Below, piece by piece: positions 8,267 to 15,743 of a stretch of 15,743 nt of DNA. Below the pieces are notes generated by a model. The model saw only the letters and a program-made list of their open reading frames with translations, had not been told where the DNA came from and made no database searches. Position 1 is the first letter of the stretch. Every line of letters starts with the position of its first letter. This stretch comes from Planctomycetota bacterium. Lineage in GTDB: Bacteria > Planctomycetota > UBA11346. The stretch spans positions 1 through 15,743 of the forward strand of contig JBBRLJ010000069.1 of the NCBI GenBank assembly GCA_038231435.1. Direction: 5' to 3'. The translations under genes and the position numbers were made by a program.

Positions 8267-9217
8267 ATGTCCTGGCCCGCCCTGATCCCGCCGTCGGTGC
8301 TGCTGTGTGCGTGCGCCGGCGCCTGGACCGCCGAGACGCCGCCGACGATCCCTCCACCGGTCGCTGCGTCCACGGATTCGCCGGCAGCCGCGCCCACGAA
8401 AGCCACGGCGGCGAGCGCCGGATACTCGTTCACCACCAATCAACAGCTCAGGTACGTCTACGAGCTGAAACAGGACACCTCGTTCGACAGCGCCGGTGAT
8501 GCCCTGGCCTACAGCACCATCATGGTGTGGTCGTTCGTGGCCATGCCCACGACGGTGACCAGCGAGCGCGTGGAGCTCGGGGTGACCATCCTGGCGATCA
8601 AGGCCTCGATGAGCGGGCCGGGATCGCACCACGAGATCGATACCGCGCATCCGACCAGCGAGGCGCAGAAGGATCCGCTGTTCGGCCATCTCTTCGCCCT
8701 CGATGGCGCTGGGCTGGTGGTGGCGCTCGATCCCCGCGACGGACGCGTGCTGTCGGTGCAGGGGGGCGACGCGATCGCCGCGGCGATCGCCAAGCGCGAC
8801 ACCCGCTTCGGGCCCGGAGAGGCCTCGCCCCAGGAAGCCCAGGCCAAGGCCGCCTACTCGTCTGAGGCGTTGACCAGGATGTGGGGCGAGATGCTGGCCC
8901 TGCCGACGTCCGGCCCCCAGATCGTACCTCTCGGCCCCCCCTTCAGCGGGGCGCTCGAGCGGCGGTGGTCGGGCATGGCGTACACCCTGGGTCTGCCGAC
9001 AGGGGTCGATCACCTCGACCTGGCCATGGGTCGCGAGCCGGTGGCGGTGGCTGGCGCGGTCACCGCGGTGGTGGGAAAAGGCTCGGTGGCGCCCGCCAAC
9101 GGCGCTCCGGGGGCGGCGGAAGGCGAATTGGCCTTCGTCCTGACCCTGACCGCCCTGACCCAGCCGGTGGTCGAGAAACAGGTCCTGCATTGGCGACTCA
9201 GCCAAGCCAAGCCGTGA
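8267..9217 (+). CDS. Hypothetical exported protein (loosely DUF6263-like)
   Basis: ATG 4 nt after ispA stop; hydrophobic N-terminus ending AWTA, P/A/T linker, then beta-rich domain (LRYVYELKQ, EIDT, VALDPRDGRVLSVQG). Family resemblance is from memory only. Confidence 0.7.
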   Translation: MSWPALIPPSVLLCACAGAWTAETPPTIPPPVAASTDSPAAAPTKATAASAGYSFTTNQQLRYVYELKQDTSFDSAGDALAYSTIMVWSFVAMPTTVTSERVELGVTILAIKASMSGPGSHHEIDTAHPTSEAQKDPLFGHLFALDGAGLVVALDPRDGRVLSVQGGDAIAAAIAKRDTRFGPGEASPQEAQAKAAYSSEALTRMWGEMLALPTSGPQIVPLGPPFSGALERRWSGMAYTLGLPTGVDHLDLAMGREPVAVAGAVTAVVGKGSVAPANGAPGAAEGELAFVLTLTALTQPVVEKQVLHWRLSQAKP

Positions 9218-9290
9218 GCTGACCGCCCTCGGCAGGCCCTGGCGCACCCCCCGGGTGACCGCCCCGCTTCTATTTGCCACCATTGCGGGT

Positions 9291-9296
9291 TATACT
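9291..9296 (+). promoter_or_regulatory. Possible -10 hexamer (TATACT) for pilM
   Basis: TATACT in a locally AT-richer intergenic patch about 150 nt before pilM. No correctly spaced -35. Confidence 0.3.
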
Positions 9297-9449
9297 ACCA
9301 TCCGTGGCCAGCGGCTTTACGCCATGGGCGCTCTTTCGTGACAACTTTCGATCCCGGGCCGCTCGCGGGCTCGGCGATCCAGACCGAATACATCCGGGGG
9401 ACTCCGTCCCCCAAGGCGACGCTCGTCGCTCCCGGAGGGGAAAAATACC

Positions 9450-10982
9450 ATGGCTCTCGGACAAGCGAAGACGGTGGTCGGCCTCGATATCGGATCCTAC
9501 GCGGTCAAGGCCGTGGCGCTCGCCGGCAACCGCGACCGCATCACCCTGCAGGGCTATGCGCAGGCGCGCATCGACAACCAGGACGCGGGCGAGGTCATCC
9601 GCAAGGTCATCGATCAGCTGGGCATCAAGCCCAAGCGTCTGGTGACCAGCGTCTCTGGCCGCTCGGTGATCGTGCGCCAGGTCGAGACCCCGCGCCTCGG
9701 ACCCGACGAGCTCAAGGCCCACATCGCCTACGAGGCGGACAAGTACATCCCCTTCGGTACCGAGGAAGTCATCATCGACGCGCAGCCGCTGCCCGAGGCG
9801 CCGGGCGCCGAGAAGACCGCCAACATGCAGGTCATGCTCGTCGCGGTGCGCAAGAGCTTCGTGCAGGACCACCTCAATCAGCTCAAGGGCGCCGGCATCG
9901 CGCCCGAGGTCATCGACGTCGACGTATTCGCGCTCGCCAACGCCTACGAACTGCTCGGCCCCGCCGCGCCGCCCGAGAGCGACAAGAAGGCGACCGCGCT
10001 GATCGACATCGGCGCGTCCAAGAGCAACATCGCCATCGTCCAGGGCAGCCGCGTGCTGTTCACCCGCGAGGTCTATCTCGCCGGCAACGAGATCTCTGAC
10101 GCCATCGCGCGCACGTTCAATGAGCCCGCCGAAGACATCGAGCGCATCAAGCTGGCCCCGGGCGAGACGCTCGAGGCCCTGGTCGACGCGGCGATGCCGG
10201 CATTCGAGGATCTGGCGAACGAGATCCGCCTGAGCTTCGATTACGTCGAAGGCCAGTTCGACATGGAAGTGTCGACGGTGGTGCTCACCGGCGGATCCAG
10301 CCAGCTGCCGAACATCGCCGACATCCTCGGCAACATCCTCAACCGTCCGGTGCATGTCTTCGATCCGCTCGCCGGGCTCGATCTGGTCCCGAGCAAGTAC
10401 GACATCCACGGGCTCGACGCCAACAGCCCCTGCCTGACGGTCGCGCTCGGCCTCGCCGCGCACATCCTCAACTTCGGCCAGACCTCGTTGGGTGGCGCGC
10501 AGAGCCACAACTGGCAGCCGCGTCAGAAGGCCGGCGAGGCCGGCGCCCCTGCACCCGCCCCGTCCGCGCCATCTCCCGCGCAGCGCGCACCGGAACCGTC
10601 GGGTGCGCACCGCAGCCCGCCGGTGCCGATGAACCTGGCCCCGGCCCCGACCCCGCTGTCGAGCCCGGCGATCACCAACACGCCGTCGCCGCGCGCCGTC
10701 CCCATCCCGCCGGCCCCGCAGATGACGCCGCCTCCGGCGCCCGCGGCCCCGCTCGCTCCGCCGCCGATGTCGCAGACCTCGAAGGTCATGGCCGACAAGA
10801 ACAAGAGCGGCCTGCTGGTGGTGCTCGACGACGACCAGGAGATGCCGGCGAGCGAGAAGTTCGAGAAGCGCCCGGCGGCCAACCGCACCAGCTCGATCGT
10901 CAAGGTCGAGAGCTTCGACGAGGACGAGGGCAAGAAGAGCGGCGGCAGCGGGGTCGATCTGCCGGATCTGCCCAAGCTGTAG
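9450..10982 (+). CDS. pilM: Type IV pilus assembly protein PilM (actin/FtsA-like) with long Pro-rich C-terminal tail
   Basis: VGLDIGSYAVKAV, EADKYIPF, VIDVDVFALANAY, LIDIGASKSNI, EIRLSFDY, VVLTGGSS, VALGLA; GGAGG RBS. Confidence 0.9.
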   Translation: MALGQAKTVVGLDIGSYAVKAVALAGNRDRITLQGYAQARIDNQDAGEVIRKVIDQLGIKPKRLVTSVSGRSVIVRQVETPRLGPDELKAHIAYEADKYIPFGTEEVIIDAQPLPEAPGAEKTANMQVMLVAVRKSFVQDHLNQLKGAGIAPEVIDVDVFALANAYELLGPAAPPESDKKATALIDIGASKSNIAIVQGSRVLFTREVYLAGNEISDAIARTFNEPAEDIERIKLAPGETLEALVDAAMPAFEDLANEIRLSFDYVEGQFDMEVSTVVLTGGSSQLPNIADILGNILNRPVHVFDPLAGLDLVPSKYDIHGLDANSPCLTVALGLAAHILNFGQTSLGGAQSHNWQPRQKAGEAGAPAPAPSAPSPAQRAPEPSGAHRSPPVPMNLAPAPTPLSSPAITNTPSPRAVPIPPAPQMTPPPAPAAPLAPPPMSQTSKVMADKNKSGLLVVLDDDQEMPASEKFEKRPAANRTSSIVKVESFDEDEGKKSGGSGVDLPDLPKL

Positions 10983-10995
10983 TGCACGGCGCGTG

Positions 10996-11063
10996 CGCGA
11001 GCTCCGCTCGCGTGCGCCTATGGGGGGCTACGGCCCCCCATGAACGCGCTCCGCGCTGCCCCC
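10996..11063. repeat. Hairpin cluster including copy B of the dispersed palindromic repeat
   Basis: cgcgagc-tcc-gctcgcg (10996-11012), atggggggc-tacg-gccccccat (11020-11041), gcgc-tcc-gcgc (11046-11056). Homologous to 170-211. Confidence 0.7.
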
Positions 11064-11124
11064 TTCGAAGAAACGGGAAGGGCAGGCGGGGCCAGACCAC
11101 CTGCGACGCAATGGCGATTTTTTC

Positions 11125-12270
11125 ATGACCGAACTGTATTCGCTCCACCGCCTCACCATCGACGATGCGGGGCAGCAGCTGTTCGCGGCATTGGCGACGG
11201 CGATACCAGGGCTGTCGCGGCATCAGGCGCGGCAGGCGGTGTCAGCGGGACTGGTGACGGTGCGGGGGGCGCGGGTGCTCGAGCCGAAGTCGCCGCTCCC
11301 GGCGAAGGCGCGCGTCGAGTGCGATCTGCGCCACGGCATCAAGAAACCATTCCTCGCCAAGGTCCACGCCGAGATCGCTCCGGCCGAGAAGCCCTTCACC
11401 ATCCTGCACGAGGACTCGTCACTGGTCATCGTCGACAAGGCCGCGGGCGTGCTCAGCGCGCCGAGCGAGCGCGGCGAGCATGGCCACGTGCCCGAGCTAT
11501 TGCGCCGCGCCTGGCGCAAGCGCGGACGCGACGTGCGCTTCATCGGCGTGGTCCACCGCCTCGACAAGGACACCAGCGGCTGCCTCTGCTTCGCCCTGAC
11601 GCGCGAGGCGCAGCGGCTGATCGCGGCGCAGTTCGCGGCGCATTCCGCGAGCCGTGTCTACCGCTGCCTGGTGCAGGGCGGGCCGCGCAAGGATCAGGAT
11701 ACCCTGGCCGGCCGCATCACCCACGGCATGTATGGCCGTCGCGTCCTGCTGCGCGACGCCCCCGATGGCGCGCGCGCGCGCGACGACGATTCATCCGTTG
11801 AAGACGACGACGAGGACGACGGGGACGATCGCCAGGACGACGGCTTCGACGACGAGGACTTCGACGACCACGACGATGGCGACGCGGGCGAGGATCGCGG
11901 CCCTCGCGCTGGAGGCGGACGCGGGCGTGGCGACGCGGGCAAGCCGGGCAAGGAGGCGGTGACCAGCTTCAAGGTGATGAAGCGCTGGCCGCGCGCCGCC
12001 GATCTGGAAGTCAGCCTGGAGACCGGCCGCACCCACCAGATCCGCGTCAGCCTCGCGGCGATCGGCTGCCCGGTGCTCGGCGATCGCGTGTACGGGTTCC
12101 GTGGCGCCGACCGCACGCTCGCGCCTGGACAGACGCCCCTGCCGCGGCCGCCCCGGCTGATGCTGCACGCGCAGCGCCTCGCGCTCGATCATCCAATGGG
12201 CGGCGAGCGGCTGGTGGTCGACGCGCCGCTGCCGCGAGAGTTCACGGAATACGCGAGCCGATTGAAGTGA
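11125..12270 (+). CDS. RluA-family 23S rRNA pseudouridine synthase with N-terminal S4-like domain (RluC/RluD-like)
   Basis: SRHQARQAVSAGLVTV (S4-like), ILHEDSSLVIVDKAAG, VHRLDKDTSG with catalytic D, LETGRTHQIRV, PVLGDRVYG, LMLHA. Confidence 0.93.
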   Translation: MTELYSLHRLTIDDAGQQLFAALATAIPGLSRHQARQAVSAGLVTVRGARVLEPKSPLPAKARVECDLRHGIKKPFLAKVHAEIAPAEKPFTILHEDSSLVIVDKAAGVLSAPSERGEHGHVPELLRRAWRKRGRDVRFIGVVHRLDKDTSGCLCFALTREAQRLIAAQFAAHSASRVYRCLVQGGPRKDQDTLAGRITHGMYGRRVLLRDAPDGARARDDDSSVEDDDEDDGDDRQDDGFDDEDFDDHDDGDAGEDRGPRAGGGRGRGDAGKPGKEAVTSFKVMKRWPRAADLEVSLETGRTHQIRVSLAAIGCPVLGDRVYGFRGADRTLAPGQTPLPRPPRLMLHAQRLALDHPMGGERLVVDAPLPREFTEYASRLK

Positions 12271-12496
12271 CCGACGCGGCCTCTGGCCAGCGGATCCGCC
12301 CTGCGAGCGGCGCCTCGCCCTGCGCTTCGATTGCCGGACGGAGAGACAGCCAGCGCCTGGCTTTTCCACGTTCCGGCACACCATCGCCCCTCATGCGCGG
12401 GCTCTTTCCACAGCGGAAACTCAGACGAGAGCGCCCTCGAGGAGAACTCCTTCGCGACCGCGATCGGGATGACGGCAAGGGGCCGGAGCGCGCGCC

Positions 12497-13654
12497 ATGC
12501 TGATCCAGGCCGTCAAGCCGCGACTGGTGCCTTGGGCCCTGATCGCTGCCGTGCTGCTGCTGACCAGCTACGGCATTGCCTGCGTGATCAGCGCCTGCTT
12601 CGACCCCGCGCACAGTTTCGGCCTGGGGCGCGAATCGCGACTGCAGTTGTACTGGTGGGCGATCGCAGCGGGTGCCTGCCTGGTGGTGGCGCACGTGACC
12701 CTCGGCGCATGGAAGCAGATGGCTTGGCCGCTGTACGGCCTGGGCGTGATGGTGGTGGTCTTCATGATGCTCGCCGCCGGATCGTCGCTGGTGCCGTCGA
12801 TCAAGGGCCAGGCGAATTGGATCGTGGTGGGGCCGCTGCGGGTGCAGCCGGTGGAATTCATCAAGCTGAGCGCGTTGCTCGGGTGCGCCAAGCTGATGTC
12901 CGGTGCGGGCTTCGACGCGCGCAAGCTGCACCACGCAGTGCTCGGACTAATGGTGGCGGCGGTGCCTTCTGCGCTGGTAGCCCGCGGCGATCTCGGCAGT
13001 GGCTTGACCTTCGTGCCCATGGCGATCGGCATGCTCTACGTCGCCGGCATGCAGCTGCGCTGGATCGCCGTCGGCGCGGTCCTGATGAGTGGCGTCGCGG
13101 TCGTCGGGGTGATGGCTCTGCCCAAGGATGGCTACCAGTACAAGCGCGTGCAGGCTTATCTGCATCCCGACGAATACGCGCTGACTGAAGGGTACCAGAC
13201 TCAGCGCAGCATGAGCGCAATCGGCTCCGGACAGTGGCTCGGCAAGGGCTATGCCGTCGGCGATCAGAACCGACTCGGCTGGGTGCCCGAGAAGCACACC
13301 GACCTCATCCTCGCCGTCGCCGGCGAGGAGCTCGGCTTCGTCGGCACCACCGTCATCATGCTGCTGTTCGTGGGCTTCGCCTGGGCCGGCCTTTCGGCCG
13401 CAGCGCAATGCCGAGATCCCACCGGCAGACTGGTGATCACCGGCTACGTCTGCCTGATCGGTGGACAGGCATCGATCAATATCGCGGTGGCCACGGGGCT
13501 GATGCCGGTGACCGGCGTGACGCTGCCGTTCTTCAGCTACGGCGGCTCGAGCCTGCTCGGCTCGTACATCGGTCTCGGCCTGGCGATCTCGAGCTGCGTC
13601 GCGCCGCGGCGGATGACCACCACTGCGCGCTCGGGCAGCTACCAGGCGCTCTAG
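12497..13654 (+). CDS. rodA: SEDS-family peptidoglycan glycosyltransferase, RodA-like
   Basis: Multiple TM segments; VQPVEFIK, DLGSG, AIGSGQWLGKGY..GDQNRLGWVPEKHTD, GEELGF, GLMPVTGVTLPFFSYGGSS. The AIGSG..GKG..GxQ..L pattern fits RodA better than FtsW. Confidence 0.88.
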   Translation: MLIQAVKPRLVPWALIAAVLLLTSYGIACVISACFDPAHSFGLGRESRLQLYWWAIAAGACLVVAHVTLGAWKQMAWPLYGLGVMVVVFMMLAAGSSLVPSIKGQANWIVVGPLRVQPVEFIKLSALLGCAKLMSGAGFDARKLHHAVLGLMVAAVPSALVARGDLGSGLTFVPMAIGMLYVAGMQLRWIAVGAVLMSGVAVVGVMALPKDGYQYKRVQAYLHPDEYALTEGYQTQRSMSAIGSGQWLGKGYAVGDQNRLGWVPEKHTDLILAVAGEELGFVGTTVIMLLFVGFAWAGLSAAAQCRDPTGRLVITGYVCLIGGQASINIAVATGLMPVTGVTLPFFSYGGSSLLGSYIGLGLAISSCVAPRRMTTTARSGSYQAL

Positions 13655-14370
13655 CGCTCGGTCGACGTGGCCGGAGCCGCGGGAGCCGCGGACAGCGCGG
13701 GAATCACCAGCGTGGCGCCCACCCGCAGCGTCTCGAAATCCACGCCGGGATTCGCCTTCATGACGTCCTTCCAGTGCTGCGGATTGCCGTAAAAAGCCGT
13801 GGAGATATCCGCGAGCGTGTCGCCAGCCTGCACCACGTAGCTGCGCGCGTGGCGGTCGTCGTGCGCCAGTGGCGACACGACGGCCGCCGGTGCCGGCATG
13901 GACAGCACCTCGAAGCGCGCGGCGTCGGCGTGCTCCGCCACCGAGACCGCGAGATGCTCGGCCGCACGCACCACGCGCGGACGCATGTACGAAGTCACCG
14001 CGCCCCGCACGTCCTCGGCCGCGAGAGGCGACGGCGCTTGGCCATCGCCCACCAGCTCGATGGCGACCGTGGCCTGCTCCCACATCCAATCGCCGCCTTC
14101 GCCGCGCCGGTCCGGTGTCCACACCGGGGTCTCGGCAATCGACGCGGCCACTCGCCAGTGCTCACCCAGGTGCGGCTGGAGTTGCGAGACGATGGTGCGC
14201 GCCGCTTCATCGCGCGTGTTCTCGGCGGTATTGTCGAGCATCCGCCCGTCGCCAGTGATGATCACGCCAGGCGAGCGCGCATCGCCGCATCCAGTCGACA
14301 GCAGCAGGGCGAGCGTCAGCGCGGCTTGGACGAAGACCAGAAAAACGACATCGGCGCGCGCTCGTTGCAT
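13651..14370 (-). CDS. LysM-domain lipoprotein
   Basis: Signal peptide ending LLLSTG-C; C-terminal LysM YVVQAGDTLADISTAFYG...IMKAN-like VMKANP...LRVGATLVIP. Start ATG 14370; the ORF-track extension to 14868 overlaps the next gene. Confidence 0.85.
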   Translation of the reverse strand: MQRARADVVFLVFVQAALTLALLLSTGCGDARSPGVIITGDGRMLDNTAENTRDEAARTIVSQLQPHLGEHWRVAASIAETPVWTPDRRGEGGDWMWEQATVAIELVGDGQAPSPLAAEDVRGAVTSYMRPRVVRAAEHLAVSVAEHADAARFEVLSMPAPAAVVSPLAHDDRHARSYVVQAGDTLADISTAFYGNPQHWKDVMKANPGVDFETLRVGATLVIPALSAAPAAPATSTER

Positions 14371-14432
14371 GGCGCGGATCCTAGGATCCACCGGGATAGC
14401 GCAATCGGCCACGGGCGGGCCAGAGGGCGCCG

Positions 14433-15305
14433 TCAGCGCACGGCGGTAGGCATGCGTCCCGAGATTCGATCGAGCGCGGCGCTGATCGCGGGCGACAGTG
14501 GGCGCGAGCTGGCGCTCACCTCTGGAGCGATGGCGCCCGCAGCGACGAGTTCGTGGTAACGGGCAACCGTCCATTCCGTGCCGTCGAACTCCAATGCGCT
14601 GAGGTTGTCCACCCAGTCGCCTGAATTCAGATAGGCGATCTCGCGCGGGCCATCGGTTCCGGCGACGAGCTGGCGCTGGTGGCACGGCATGTGGATGTGG
14701 CCGCAGATGATCTGGTCGACGTTGCGTTGGGCCGCCTCGCGCAGGCACACCTCCTCGAACGAGGCGATGTGGCGCGCGGCTTGGCCGAAAAGGCGCTTCG
14801 AGCCGACGGCGATGCGCTGCCGCGCCCTCGGCAGGCCGAACCACGCGCGCACCGCGTCGTGCCAGCAATCGGCGTCGACAAAGCGGTCGTAGAACCAGGC
14901 GCCGACCGCCGCCATCCAGCGCGGAGTCGCAAGCTGGTCATCGAAACGGTCACCGTGGTGGATCCAGGTCTTCTTGCCGCCGATGTCCCACACCATCTCG
15001 TCGACGAGGTGCACGCGGTCGATCGAGAGATCCGAGAATGTGCGCAGGGCGGCATCGTGGTTGCCGGTGACGTACCAGACCGGGACTCCGTCCTGCGCGA
15101 AGCCGAGGATCTGGCGCAGCACGCGCTCGTGCCCGGGCAGGAACGCGCGGCTGCGGAATTGCATGATGTCGACGATATCGCCATTGAGGATCAGCGTGCG
15201 TGGCGCGATCGAGTCGAGATAGGCGGACAGCTCGGCCGCATGGCTGCACTTGGTGCCGAGGTGCACATCCGAGATGATGGCGACTTCCAGCTCGCGTTTA
15301 CCCAT
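14433..15305 (-). CDS. Calcineurin-like metallophosphoesterase, UDP-2,3-diacylglucosamine diphosphatase (LpxH-like) family
   Basis: ISDVHLG, LNGDIVD, GNHD, HGDRFD, CGHIH, YLNSGDWV. Confidence 0.88.
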   Translation of the reverse strand: MGKRELEVAIISDVHLGTKCSHAAELSAYLDSIAPRTLILNGDIVDIMQFRSRAFLPGHERVLRQILGFAQDGVPVWYVTGNHDAALRTFSDLSIDRVHLVDEMVWDIGGKKTWIHHGDRFDDQLATPRWMAAVGAWFYDRFVDADCWHDAVRAWFGLPRARQRIAVGSKRLFGQAARHIASFEEVCLREAAQRNVDQIICGHIHMPCHQRQLVAGTDGPREIAYLNSGDWVDNLSALEFDGTEWTVARYHELVAAGAIAPEVSASSRPLSPAISAALDRISGRMPTAVR

Positions 15306-15370
15306 TCGCCTAGGCTATCCGCGCAACCCTCTGCACATGCTGCAAATCCTACAGGTTTGGACTTCTATAT

Positions 15371-15743
15371 AATCGGGGGCTCCGCCCCCAAACCCCCACG
15401 GCCTTTGTCGCCCCTCACTCTGGCCGCCGGGCGGCCAGAGTGTTTGCGTCATGGGCTGCGCCCATTATTGACGCAAACCGGGGCTCGGCGGCCGCTATAA
15501 AATCGGGGGCTCCGCCCCCAAACCCCCACGGCCTTTGTCGCCCCTCACTCTGGCCGCCGGGCGGCCAGGGTGTTTGCGTCATGGGCTGCGCCCATTATTG
15601 ACGCAAACCGGGGCTCGGCGGCCGATGTTAATCGGGGGCTCCGCCCCCAAACCCCCACGGCCTTTGTCGCCCCTCACTCTGGCCGCCGGGCGGCCAGGGT
15701 GTTTGCGTCATGGGCTGCGCCCATTATTGACGCAAACCGGGGC
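15371..15743. repeat. Tandem array of 124-bp structured repeats (15371-15494, 15501-15624, 15630-beyond window end)
   Basis: Units are identical except A15439 versus G15569/G15698. Linkers are ctataa and atgtt; period 130 then 129 bp. Each unit has three hairpins and a closing stem. Confidence 0.95.

Noticed and set aside
14679..15500. ORF running into the tandem array
   Set aside because: Antisense to the metallophosphoesterase; array periods of 130 and 129 bp with stop codons at the junctions do not support coding.
15371..15743. CRISPR array
   Set aside because: Repeats are 124 bp and linkers 5-6 bp, the reverse of CRISPR proportions; no cas genes in the window.

Overview
GC-rich bacterial chromosomal region, mostly housekeeping and envelope genes in an unusually scattered order. 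From left to right: 3' end of an ISL3-family transposase, a ferrochelatase with an atypical Cys-rich insert, an uncharacterised lipoprotein, a single-domain response regulator, a heme-oxygenase-like diiron (HDO/TenA-PqqC-CADD fold) enzyme, gyrB (no gyrA in the window), ispA, a secreted hypothetical protein, an orphan pilM with a 170-aa tail, an S4-RluA-family pseudouridine synthase with an acidic insert, rodA, a LysM lipoprotein and an LpxH-like metallophosphoesterase. The most unusual signals are non-coding: (i) a tandem array of near-identical, highly structured 124-bp units with 5-6-nt linkers that runs off the right edge; (ii) at least 16 intergenic hairpins with different stems but the same c-TNC-g loop in one orientation (c-GNA-g on the minus strand), including a dispersed repeat with compensatory substitutions; (iii) a ~100-nt rod-like hairpin after gyrB. 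All calls come from reading the sequence by eye; no searches or folding programs were run.
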